Source: Lactobacillaceae bacterium (GTDB lineage: Bacteria > Bacillota > Bacilli > Lactobacillales > Lactobacillaceae). From it: a stretch of 64,000 nt of DNA. Positions 1-8,998 of the stretch are shown piece by piece. Each line of letters starts with the position of its first letter. Position 1 is the stretch's first letter. The notes beneath the pieces are model-generated. The model saw only the letters and a program-made list of their open reading frames with translations. It had not been told where the DNA came from and made no database searches. The stretch covers positions 6,846-70,845 of the forward strand of contig JAITQG010000072.1 of assembly GCA_031289015.1 (NCBI GenBank), read 5' to 3'. A program made the translations under genes and the position numbers.

Positions 1-230
1 TCGTAATGCCCCAAATCCAAATCAGTTTCTAACCCATCATCCGTTACGAAGGTCTCTCCGTGTTGGTATGGAGACATTGTCCCGGGATCGATATTGATGT
101 ACGGATCAAATTTTTGAACCGCAATCTTAAACCCGCGATTTTTCAATAACCGGCCCAATGATGCAGCGACAATCCCTTTCCCAAGTGATGAAACCACACC
201 ACCGGTGACAAAGACATACTTAGTTGCCAT
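1..230 (-). CDS. pyrG: CTP synthase, N-terminal part (runs off window start)
   Basis: Manual translation from ATG at 230: [59 protein letters not shown]; GGAGG RBS upstream. Confidence 0.97.
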   Translation of the reverse strand, partial: MATKYVFVTGGVVSSLGKGIVAASLGRLLKNRGFKIAVQKFDPYINIDPGTMSPYQHGETFVTDDGLETDLDLGHY

Positions 231-277
231 GTTTTGTTCCTCCAAAATTTTGTTAATGGGTTGTTGTTCTAGCTAGT

Positions 278-401
278 AAAATAACAAAGCTCCCACGACC
301 ATCAATATGGTTATGGGAGCTGTTAATCTTAGTTTCAAATGCCCTGTATTTTTTACAGGAGCCCGATACAAAAATATACAGGTTTTTGACTAAATTGTCA
401 A
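278..401 (-). promoter_or_regulatory. pyrG promoter and CTP-sensing reiterative-transcription attenuator leader
   Basis: TTGACA (401-396), 17 bp, TATATT (378-373); transcript starts GGGCTC (364-359); terminator stem AGCTCCCA...TGGGAGCT followed by TTGTTATTTT (321-278). Same architecture as the B. subtilis pyrG leader. Confidence 0.88.
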
Positions 402-417
402 CTCACGCCCGCTAATA

Positions 418-1026
418 TTATTGTTCGATATCACCTGAACCGTAATCATCGTCAACGGCTTTAATACCGGCGATTTCGTCACCAATTCCAGTCGAAACTT
501 CAAATTCATCCGCTTCAGTCGCGTCTTCATCATCTGAATCGTCATCGTCGTCTTCATCATCGTCTGTAGTTGCTGCGACAACGGCCGTCTCTTCAACGAC
601 TTCTTCTTCTTCAAAGTCATCGTCTTCAGGATCATCGTCGTTGTAATCGATTACGTCGTCGTCATCAGCTGCTGCATCAGCAAGGAAGGCATTAACCTTC
701 TTACGCTTCTTCTTAGGCCGCGCCGTCTCTTCTTCTTCGATTCCATCATGAATAGCTTCGTCGATTTGGTCAATTGCATACCAAGAACGCAGCCCCCACA
801 TATTGTCGCCCAATGAGATGAACGAACCATCAATATTTAGGTCGGTATAAAATTGCGCTAATCGATCTTGAATGTCAGTATCAGTCTTGCCAATAAATTG
901 TTGTACTTCTGCAACCAAATCAGTGAAAGACATTTCTTGGTGTTGGCGCTCGTGTAAAATTTCACGGGCAACCTCAATCATTGAAAGTTCCACTTTGTTT
1001 TGGCCGTCAAATTCTGCTAATGCCAA
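418..1026 (-). CDS. rpoE: DNA-directed RNA polymerase subunit delta
   Basis: [33 protein letters not shown] motifs, Lys tract and acidic tail; likely TTG start at 1026 after AAAGGA. Confidence 0.95.
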   Translation of the reverse strand: MALAEFDGQNKVELSMIEVAREILHERQHQEMSFTDLVAEVQQFIGKTDTDIQDRLAQFYTDLNIDGSFISLGDNMWGLRSWYAIDQIDEAIHDGIEEEETARPKKKRKKVNAFLADAAADDDDVIDYNDDDPEDDDFEEEEVVEETAVVAATTDDDEDDDDDSDDEDATEADEFEVSTGIGDEIAGIKAVDDDYGSGDIEQ

Positions 1027-1092
1027 ATCGCACACATCCTTTCGAGTATATCTGATACTCAATATTACCCTATTTTTTAATATGTCGCAACA

Positions 1093-1911
1093 CTAAACTG
1101 AAGGCTGCAAGACATATTTTTCAATCGCCACGCCAACACCATCAGCATTTTGCGATGTTGTAATGGCTTGGGCGGCCGCTTTTACCGCTGGAACGGCATT
1201 TTCCATAGCCACACCCAACCCAGCAGCCTCAATCATCGTCAAATCATTTGCTTGGTCACCAAGGGCCATCGTTTCATCAATTGCAATGCCTAATTTATCA
1301 GCTAGCACCTTTAACCCGTTGCCTTTAGTTGCGTCCTTATGCATAAATTCTAAGTTGTGTGGCGTTGATTTCACCACATAGAAGCGTTCATAAATGTCAG
1401 CTGGTAGTGCCGTACTCCATTTTTGAATTTCCTCGGCCTCACCAATAAACATGAACTTGACGTATTGCTCAGCTGAACTCATAGCTTCAACCGGCACGAC
1501 ACTTAAGTCCATTTGGACAATATAATTTTCAAAACTGGCCCATTTATTAACGACTTGATTAGTGGTAAAGGCGCCATTTAACGTTTCAGTTTGTAAATAC
1601 GCCCCTAAGTCATCAGCAACGGCCCGCAAATCACGATAATCGGCTAACGTGTTGATTGCACCACCCAATGCCACCCCACTCGTCGTTTCAACCACGCCAC
1701 CATTATACGTGATGACATATTGATCGGCTTGATCAGCTAACCCAAGTTCTTGTAAATAGCCCACGACCCCGGTTAATGGGCGCCCGGTGGTTAACACAAT
1801 CTTAACTCCTTGGGCGGTAGCGGCTTGAATCGCTTGTTTAACCCGGGGCGTAATTTCTTTTGCTGAATTCACCAATGTATCATCAATATCAATTGTCACT
1901 AATTTAATCAT
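1093..1911 (-). CDS. Cof-type HAD-IIB family phosphatase
   Basis: MIKLVTIDIDDTL motif I, TTGRP, KGNGL, GDQANDLTM; start moved to MIKL. Confidence 0.93.
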   Translation of the reverse strand: MIKLVTIDIDDTLVNSAKEITPRVKQAIQAATAQGVKIVLTTGRPLTGVVGYLQELGLADQADQYVITYNGGVVETTSGVALGGAINTLADYRDLRAVADDLGAYLQTETLNGAFTTNQVVNKWASFENYIVQMDLSVVPVEAMSSAEQYVKFMFIGEAEEIQKWSTALPADIYERFYVVKSTPHNLEFMHKDATKGNGLKVLADKLGIAIDETMALGDQANDLTMIEAAGLGVAMENAVPAVKAAAQAITTSQNADGVGVAIEKYVLQPSV

Positions 1912-1924
1912 GCTTCTCTCTTTT

Positions 1925-3274
1925 CTATGGCGCTTTTGGTAAAACCAATTTGTCGTTATGCACGTATTGTTGGAAATCCGCATAGACGGGCGCCATCACG
2001 TCATCAACAGCGTGTTGTAACAACATCTCACGGGGAAAGAAATACCGCGCATTCCCAAATTCACGTCCTGTCAAAGCGTTAATCAAGGTACTCTCATCCG
2101 ACAGTTCACGTAACGTGCCATCATCTTGCATCATTTCAATTTGTGTCCGCGGCTTTTTAGCAGTCGGATTATAGGCGTCGTATGGCAAATCAAAGCTATC
2201 ATTTTCAGCCGTATAATAATTCGGATCATAGCCAGCTGCGGCAATTAATTCTGTAATTGTGGGCAATAATTGGCGTACATCATCATCAATTTCAACTGAC
2301 TTCAAGCGCCGGCGATCCAAAAATCGCATGGCTAAGTCAGCCAACACCGGATCATTGGCATGGCGCCACAAACTAATATTAGCCAACATAGTTGAATCAT
2401 CAAGTTCTAAATAATCTTGTAAATTAACCGTGCCATCAAATAAGGGTTTTAAAGTGGGACTAATGAACGAATCGTCTAACATCGTATCAAATTTACTCCG
2501 CTCATACAGTTCGCGAGCGCGTTGCAACATATGCGTTAACAAAACTTCAAAGCCGCGTGAAACTGGATGGAAATAGACTTGCGCATACATTTGATAACGT
2601 GAAACGACATAATCTTCAACTGAAGCCATCCCCTTTTCATGAAAGGCAATCCCCCCTTCATATGGCCGCATCATATGAATAATTCGAAACAAGTCGAACG
2701 TGCCATAGGTCGCACCAGAATAATAGGCATCCCGCAGCAAATAATCCATCCGGTCAGCATCAATTTGACTCGAAATCATTTGCACGACCTGTTGATTCGG
2801 ATAAGTTTTGGCAATCACACTCGCAACTTTTTCAGGAAAATCCCGAGAAACGCGCCGCAACACCTGATTGACTTCGGTTTCTGGCGACAAAATAATTTTT
2901 TGTGTATATAATTCGTGATTCGTCTTGAAAATGTGTTCAAAAGTATGTGAATATGGCCCGTGCCCCAAGTCATGCAACAAAGCAGCCGCTAATAAAACCA
3001 GCCGTTCATTAGGATCCCAACCACCATCATTTGGGGCTTCCGTCGCATAATTCTCAGCTAAATGGACCGCGAATTGACGGGCAATTTCATAAACTCCTAA
3101 TGAATGCGAAAAGCGTGAATGCTCAGCACCATGAAAAACCATCCCAGCCACGCCCAATTGCTTAATCCGGCGCAGGCGTTGAAATTCACGCGTCCCAATC
3201 AAATCTAGAATTGTTTGATCTTGCACCCGAATAAAATTATGCACTGGATCGCGAAAAACTGTTTCTACCATCAC
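1925..3274 (-). CDS. HD-domain phosphohydrolase (YwfO / dNTP triphosphohydrolase-like)
   Basis: FRDPVH, FQRLRRIKQLG, HSRFSHSLG, LLHDLGHGPYSH, DADRMDYLLRD. Confidence 0.92.
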   Translation of the reverse strand: MMVETVFRDPVHNFIRVQDQTILDLIGTREFQRLRRIKQLGVAGMVFHGAEHSRFSHSLGVYEIARQFAVHLAENYATEAPNDGGWDPNERLVLLAAALLHDLGHGPYSHTFEHIFKTNHELYTQKIILSPETEVNQVLRRVSRDFPEKVASVIAKTYPNQQVVQMISSQIDADRMDYLLRDAYYSGATYGTFDLFRIIHMMRPYEGGIAFHEKGMASVEDYVVSRYQMYAQVYFHPVSRGFEVLLTHMLQRARELYERSKFDTMLDDSFISPTLKPLFDGTVNLQDYLELDDSTMLANISLWRHANDPVLADLAMRFLDRRRLKSVEIDDDVRQLLPTITELIAAAGYDPNYYTAENDSFDLPYDAYNPTAKKPRTQIEMMQDDGTLRELSDESTLINALTGREFGNARYFFPREMLLQHAVDDVMAPVYADFQQYVHNDKLVLPKAP

Positions 3275-3372
3275 TGTTCACCCTATCCCATCTCAACAAC
3301 GTTATGAACCTATTATACAATACTCAAGCGTTGTATAATGGTTAAAAGACATGCAATACCAAGGAGAATTTT

Positions 3373-3813
3373 ATGAGCGAGGCAAATGCGCGCATTCCAA
3401 TCAAATTACACGTGCAAACTACCATCACACAAGGTAGCGAACACGAAGATTTCACCTTTGACGTCCCAGGGACAATATTAACCAATGCCGAAACGCACTT
3501 TATTCGTTATGATGAGCTAACTAGTGACGGTGCCTCCATTCCAGTCATGTTAAAAATAAATCCCGATCAAACGGCGCGCTTAACTCGCAACGGGCAAAGT
3601 AATTTACAATTAGTTTTTGATTTGACGGAACCTCAAACTAGTAAGTACCTCACCCCAATGGGCACCCTAAATCTAACTGTGTTGACGGATGCACTCGACA
3701 TTGATTTTGCCAATGGCCTGACGCGTGGCGATATTACCGTCAAATACCAGTTGCTACAAGACCAGCAAAAAGTCGGTGATTATGTGTTTAATTTAAGCTT
3801 CACCACGCTTTAA
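3373..3813 (+). CDS. DUF1934 (YwiB-like) beta-barrel protein
   Basis: Size, YxTPMG motif and conserved position divergent from the HD gene; AAGGAG RBS. Confidence 0.75.
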   Translation: MSEANARIPIKLHVQTTITQGSEHEDFTFDVPGTILTNAETHFIRYDELTSDGASIPVMLKINPDQTARLTRNGQSNLQLVFDLTEPQTSKYLTPMGTLNLTVLTDALDIDFANGLTRGDITVKYQLLQDQQKVGDYVFNLSFTTL

Positions 3814-3827
3814 AAGCCACGCAGACT

Positions 3828-3862
3828 AAAAACCCTCCACGCATATGCCGTGAAGGGTTTTT
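3828..3862. terminator. Bidirectional intrinsic terminator
   Basis: AAAAACCCT...AGGGTTTTT between convergent genes. Confidence 0.75.
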
Positions 3863-3873
3863 CTTTAATTTAA

Positions 3874-4128
3874 TTATTTATTCCACAAGTTAGCTTGATT
3901 CGAAGAGGAAGTGGCACTGTCATTTGGCGTGCCCTCAATAACTTGCTTGGTTAGTTGCTTACTAGCCACCTTGCTTGCTGATGTATGTTTTTGCTGTGTT
4001 GATGTATGCTCAACGACTGCTGTTTGTTGTGCAGTAATTCCATCGCTAGTTTGGAAAAAAAACATCACTACTAACATCCCAATTAGCAAGAATGCTAGTC
4101 CCACCCAAACAATTTTAGAAATTCGCAT
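3874..4128 (-). CDS. Small hypothetical protein with N-terminal hydrophobic signal/anchor and Ser/Thr/Gln-rich tail
   Basis: 84 aa; GAAAGGGG RBS; TTGTAA-17-TAAACT promoter upstream. Confidence 0.7.
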   Translation of the reverse strand: MRISKIVWVGLAFLLIGMLVVMFFFQTSDGITAQQTAVVEHTSTQQKHTSASKVASKQLTKQVIEGTPNDSATSSSNQANLWNK

Positions 4129-4224
4129 GTTCCACTATCCCCCTTTCCCCAATTTATTTCCAAACAACAGTTTACTATTATTTCACCTAGATTACAAGAG
4201 TTTGAGTTTTGTTTGAAGTTTTCG

Positions 4225-4415
4225 TGTCCTGGGTTGCAAATCCGCCCCTAACTACTTACTTCCATACAAAAACCCGGCGTGCAAGAGGGGGAACGCACTG
4301 CCGGGTATCTTGCTGGCTACTATCGCAACCAACAATATATAGCGGTCAAAGTTTGGGGAACTTTGACCATTCATGTACTTTGGGGAGTAATGAAATCCAC
4401 CTATAGAAGTGGATA
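4225..4415. ncRNA. Candidate structured non-coding RNA (family not recognised)
   Basis: Three hairpins: ACCCGGC-GTGC..GCAC-GCCGGGT (4271-4306), perfect GGTCAAAGTT-TGGGG-AACTTTGACC (4344-4368), ATCCAC..GTGGAT (4395-4413); long-range complementarity. Confidence 0.4.
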
Positions 4416-4564
4416 ATATAAATATACCTAAAAATAATGTTTAGTTTGTGAATAATACATTGCAATTAGTTGACAATACCGCCTATTTTTAGGTTTTTTG
4501 CTTTATAATGCTCAATTTCACCTAGATCAGCTGGAATCCCCCCCATCATTCGTGTGAATTATAC

Positions 4565-4593
4565 AAAAAACCACACCGCATGGGCGTGGTTTT
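4565..4593 (-). terminator. Intrinsic terminator after htrA
   Basis: AAAACCAC...GTGGTTTT hairpin with T-run on minus strand. Confidence 0.75.
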
Positions 4594-4600
4594 GCAAAGC

Positions 4601-5863
4601 TTAATCATCTAATTGCGAAGTCTTGGCTGTTAAATTAACAGGTTCAGTTTTTTCTTTTCCATCACGATAATACGTCACTTTAATGGTATCACCAATTTTG
4701 TGTTCATATAGCGCATCACGTAAATCACCAGATCCATCGACAGCTTTGCCATCAATCTTAGTAATGACATCATACTTTTCCAAGCCCAATGTCTTAGCTG
4801 GTGTGTCATCGATGGTGTCCATCACGACAACCCCACCCTTAACGCTACTTGGCAACTTCAAAGTCTTTTCTTGATCCGTCACTGAGATGCTCGTCAAATC
4901 CAACATCTTGATGCCCAGCGCCGGCCGTTCAATCTTACCAGTCTTTTCCAACTGATTAATGATGTTCACGACCGTGTTTGAAGGAATAGCAAAGCCCATT
5001 CCTTCAATTGTCGCACCTGTGCCTGAACTAGATAATTTCATTGAATTAATGCCGACCACTTGTCCAGCCATATTCACCAAGGCACCACCAGAGTTTCCTG
5101 AATTAATTGGTGCATCAGTTTGAATAACGGTCGCTGTCCCTAGCGAGTTGCCTGATTCGTCAGTGGAAGCAACTTCACGCTTCGTGGCAGAAATAATCCC
5201 AGCCGTAACTGAGGTTGCATATTCTGACCCCATGGGTGACCCAATGGCAATAACGCTTTGGCCGGCCTTGATTTCATTTGAGTTGGCAAATTGAGCAATG
5301 TCTTTAATCTTATCGGCCTTAACTTTCAAGACGGCCAAATCAGTAATGTCATCGGTTCCCACCAACGTGGCCGTCAACTTAGTTCCATCACTCAACAAAA
5401 CTTGTAGCGCGTTAGAATCAGCGACAACGTGATTATTGGTCACAATGTAGGCTGTATCGCCTGACTTCTTGTAGATGACCCCCGATCCTTCAGAGGCCGT
5501 TTCTAAATCATTATCTGAAGAGCTGCTATCTTTGCTTTCAGTTTCACCAAACATTGAATAAGCGCCAGTGGCTTGTTGCTTTTGCAAATTAATCACGGAT
5601 ACAACCGCCCCAGAAGCCACGTTGAAGGCCTTGGTAGCTTCAGTGTCGCCTTTAACATTGCTATTTGAGACTTTAACTGGCGTTGTCGTCCCAACACTCA
5701 CGGGATTTAGAAGCTCTGAATTTTCTAGATAAGTGACGCCAGCAGCACCCACACCACCACCAACGAGGCCAACGACCCCGGCCAAAACGGCAACTTTTTT
5801 CATTGGTGTCATGAATTTTTTCTTGTTTGTTGTGTCATTTTCAGGTTGCTTAATTTCTAACAT
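4601..5863 (-). CDS. htrA: HtrA-family serine protease with PDZ domain
   Basis: TNNHVV, DLAVLK, GNSGGAL catalytic triad motifs; N-terminal TM; PDZ. Confidence 0.96.
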   Translation of the reverse strand: MLEIKQPENDTTNKKKFMTPMKKVAVLAGVVGLVGGGVGAAGVTYLENSELLNPVSVGTTTPVKVSNSNVKGDTEATKAFNVASGAVVSVINLQKQQATGAYSMFGETESKDSSSSDNDLETASEGSGVIYKKSGDTAYIVTNNHVVADSNALQVLLSDGTKLTATLVGTDDITDLAVLKVKADKIKDIAQFANSNEIKAGQSVIAIGSPMGSEYATSVTAGIISATKREVASTDESGNSLGTATVIQTDAPINSGNSGGALVNMAGQVVGINSMKLSSSGTGATIEGMGFAIPSNTVVNIINQLEKTGKIERPALGIKMLDLTSISVTDQEKTLKLPSSVKGGVVVMDTIDDTPAKTLGLEKYDVITKIDGKAVDGSGDLRDALYEHKIGDTIKVTYYRDGKEKTEPVNLTAKTSQLDD

Positions 5864-5951
5864 TACGCATGCCTCATTTCATAGTATTTGAATCATTAGT
5901 TTTATTTTAAGTGGCGTGGCTTTAAGTTCCCTTAAAATAAAATGTCTTTTT

Positions 5952-6752
5952 TTAGATTTCATGCAATTGCGTCGGTTGGTCTGGATCAGTATCAAACAAG
6001 GTGAAATCGTGATCAACACCTAAATCGTGCTCCTCTAGAATAGAAGCAACCGTCAAATGCGCCAGCGGTTTTTGGTTATTTTCTTGGCTCAAATGGCCTA
6101 AATAAATTTGTTTGGTCCGATTACCAATCACATCCACTAAGGTCAAAGCGCCATCTTCGTTTGACAAATGCCCCTCATCCCCTAAAATCCTTTGCTTTAA
6201 TGGCCATGAATAACTGCCATAGCGCAACATGGCTTGATCATGGTTAGCTTCCATCAAAATCGCATCCGCATTGGTGATAATTCCACTGACTTGATCGGTC
6301 ACATAGCCCGTATCTGTGAGGAGCGCCACCGTTTTATTGGCATGATGCATTGCATAAAATTGTGGATCGGCAGCATCATGGGAAACCGCAAAACTTTCAA
6401 TATCTAAATCGCCAAGTAATAAAGTCTCACCAGCTTCAAAAAGATGCCTTTGTTCATGTTTGATATCGCCAATTTTGGTACTCATCGCTTCCCACGTTTT
6501 GGCATTAGCATAGACATCAAGCCCAAACTTACGCGCCAAGACCCCCACGCCTTGAATATGATCAGAATGTTCGTGCGTCACAAATAAACTGTCCACATCG
6601 GTCATGTCACGCCCAATTTGTTGCATCAATTCTGTGATTTTTTTACCGCTTAACCCTGCATCAATGAGAATTTTATGATCGGGCGTTTCGATGTAGGTGG
6701 TATTCCCTGAGCTCCCGGAAGCCAAAATCGAAATTTTAAATTCATCGTTCAT
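5952..6752 (-). CDS. yycJ: Metallo-beta-lactamase fold hydrolase YycJ/WalJ
   Basis: SGSSGN, THEHSDH motif; wal operon position. Confidence 0.94.
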   Translation of the reverse strand: MNDEFKISILASGSSGNTTYIETPDHKILIDAGLSGKKITELMQQIGRDMTDVDSLFVTHEHSDHIQGVGVLARKFGLDVYANAKTWEAMSTKIGDIKHEQRHLFEAGETLLLGDLDIESFAVSHDAADPQFYAMHHANKTVALLTDTGYVTDQVSGIITNADAILMEANHDQAMLRYGSYSWPLKQRILGDEGHLSNEDGALTLVDVIGNRTKQIYLGHLSQENNQKPLAHLTVASILEEHDLGVDHDFTLFDTDPDQPTQLHEI

Positions 6753-6849
6753 CGGCTGTCCCCCGCAATCATTTCAAAAATAAAAAGCCAAAGCACAATC
6801 CTTCGACTTTTACTTAACAATATTTTACCACTTTTAAGACTACCCATTA

Positions 6850-7662
6850 CTATTTCATCAAGCTGCCATCAAAGGCGTTGACGCGCAAGACGGAAACCGT
6901 GTTCGCTGAATTCTCAACCGCCACTACCCACGTGGGTACGAAAATGGTGTCTTTTTCCACCGTGGTCAACTGCGTGTACGCGAGTTTAGTCCACAGCACC
7001 TTACCGTTATTGGGCAACTCATTATATTGATATAACCCAATTAACGCATTTTGTTCAGAGATGACTTCCGCGGCATCACGTAGCACTTGGGCATTAACAA
7101 TATAGCTTTGCGTGTACTCATCAACTTCGTAAGTGCTCGTTAATTTGAATTGAATTCGCCCTTCAACCCCCATGATTTCACGATTACCAGCCAATACTTG
7201 CGAATAGATCAAGATATGACCTGAATGTGGCATCGTGTTTGCCACTTTCGTCATGTTGGCGTCATAGACATATTGTTTCCCAGCAATCACTTTTTTCGTG
7301 CTCTTTAATAACTTAGAAATTTGTTTTTGCGCTTGCGTTAAATTTTCACCCAAGACTTCAGGATTACTAACTTTGACCGTCATCGTCCCTTCAGCATCAT
7401 CAAATTTGGCCTTATCAGGGATTGATTTAACTTCATTTTTGAGATACTTAGTGTTAAAGTCACCGGAAATATACACCCCTGTTTGATGCTTAGTACTGGG
7501 TGGGGTAAAGCTAATATTATCATTGTGCAATTCCGTCAACACCGTATCTGGCGTTGTTAAATCACGCGCCGTTTCGTTAAAAAACACAACTTGCACTGCT
7601 AAAAAAATGTCAATCACGATAAAAACGCCCAAAAAGATGACTAAAATTTTTTTAAAATCCAT
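6850..7662 (-). CDS. yycI: Two-component system regulatory protein YycI
   Basis: MDFKKI start with N-terminal TM; operon position; GGAGG RBS. Confidence 0.88.
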   Translation of the reverse strand: MDFKKILVIFLGVFIVIDIFLAVQVVFFNETARDLTTPDTVLTELHNDNISFTPPSTKHQTGVYISGDFNTKYLKNEVKSIPDKAKFDDAEGTMTVKVSNPEVLGENLTQAQKQISKLLKSTKKVIAGKQYVYDANMTKVANTMPHSGHILIYSQVLAGNREIMGVEGRIQFKLTSTYEVDEYTQSYIVNAQVLRDAAEVISEQNALIGLYQYNELPNNGKVLWTKLAYTQLTTVEKDTIFVPTWVVAVENSANTVSVLRVNAFDGSLMK

Positions 7663-7663
7663 T

Positions 7664-8998
7664 TTAGTTACCTCCTTGTTGAACCAATTCATCAACCGCG
7701 TACCATTGATCATCTTTTGCTAATTCGACATACCACTCTGGTCTAAGAGTCACCGCATCGGTATAGTTTTTATCCGATTCCCATGTATAGCAAAACCGCA
7801 AATTTGTGATCGCTTTTTTGCTATAGCCCGCCTGCTTTAATTCGGCAAGAATGACTGCTGTTGGTTGTAGCGTCACCACGCGTTTGTCCGTTGATGGGAG
7901 GGGGACTTGTAAGATATATTGTGAAAATGCAAGTTGGACATGCTTGGTGGCTTTTTGTTGCACTGTAATCGATCCATAGCCTTTATCATTCATGATTGGC
8001 AGTCCATTGGCATAGAGTCTAAAATTGATGGTTTTACCCTCGTCATGACTCTCAAAATAATACAAATTATCCGGCAGTTGGCGAATAACTTTTAACCAAC
8101 TGTAAGCTGATTGCAACCGCGCCCCAAAGGAATTTAACTTCGTATTGGTATTGTACGAATCAAATTTGTACGTACCGTCACTTGGATTAACTTTTAATTG
8201 TTTGTTAGCCCCGTCGTTATAGCCCAATTCATCACCCACATGGAATGCACGGGGCGTCTCTTTACTGTTAGCAAATAACGCCGTCACATACGTATCAATC
8301 TTGTTGACTCCTTGCAAATAAGTGTATGTGTCCAGTTGTATTGGTTGAATAAAATACACCAACAAATGTTCTGCCCCGTACTTGATTTTGATCGCCGCAG
8401 TATCATTTGGTACATTTAATTTGTGCAAACTCTTGTCGGCTTTATTAATCTGACAAGTGTAGACAATCTTTTTCTTGTCATCGATAAAGCGAACTACTTC
8501 CGGTTGAGCAGCTTTAGGGACTTGCACGCTGTAAATTTGCGCATTGTTCGGTATCCCAAAGTGATCTCCAAACAATTTGTTAACGACTGAACCAGCCACC
8601 CCATCTCCAAACCCAATCACAAAGGTATTTTTCGTTTGCACAATTTTGACTAACTTAGCTGCTGAAACTTTTTCTTGTGATATTGAGCCCGTTTTCCAAG
8701 TTTGTAAAGCTTGAATGATCTTGGCATTGATGGGCCTAAAGTCGAGCACAGACGAACTTTGCCCAGCTTCATCGGTGTATAACAATTGTTCGGGTGAATA
8801 AATATTACTCAACGATTTTGCCGTCGTTAAGGTGGCCGCTGACCGATTAGTTTGTGCGGCTTCATCGACGTGCCCCGAGTTAAACCACATAATAACTGAC
8901 AAAACAAGACTTAACAAAATGGCCCAGACTAAAAAAATCACCAACTTATAGTGGGTTAATGTGTACCCAAAGCGCTGAAGACCGTTTTTAAACTTCAT
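7664..8998 (-). CDS. yycH: Two-component system regulatory protein YycH
   Basis: N-terminal TM, large extracellular domain; overlaps walK stop; start set to MKFKNG. Confidence 0.85.
   Translation of the reverse strand: MKFKNGLQRFGYTLTHYKLVIFLVWAILLSLVLSVIMWFNSGHVDEAAQTNRSAATLTTAKSLSNIYSPEQLLYTDEAGQSSSVLDFRPINAKIIQALQTWKTGSISQEKVSAAKLVKIVQTKNTFVIGFGDGVAGSVVNKLFGDHFGIPNNAQIYSVQVPKAAQPEVVRFIDDKKKIVYTCQINKADKSLHKLNVPNDTAAIKIKYGAEHLLVYFIQPIQLDTYTYLQGVNKIDTYVTALFANSKETPRAFHVGDELGYNDGANKQLKVNPSDGTYKFDSYNTNTKLNSFGARLQSAYSWLKVIRQLPDNLYYFESHDEGKTINFRLYANGLPIMNDKGYGSITVQQKATKHVQLAFSQYILQVPLPSTDKRVVTLQPTAVILAELKQAGYSKKAITNLRFCYTWESDKNYTDAVTLRPEWYVELAKDDQWYAVDELVQQGGN

Noticed and set aside
4209-4406. 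Plus-strand ORF LFEVFVSWVANP..., superficially Fst-toxin-like
   Set aside because: It lacks the APxxxG motif and continuous hydrophobic helix, has no good SD, and runs through the hairpins.
4225-4415. Assignment as 6S, SRP, tmRNA, RNase P or T-box RNA
   Set aside because: The diagnostic motifs or closing stem could not be found, so it is left unassigned.
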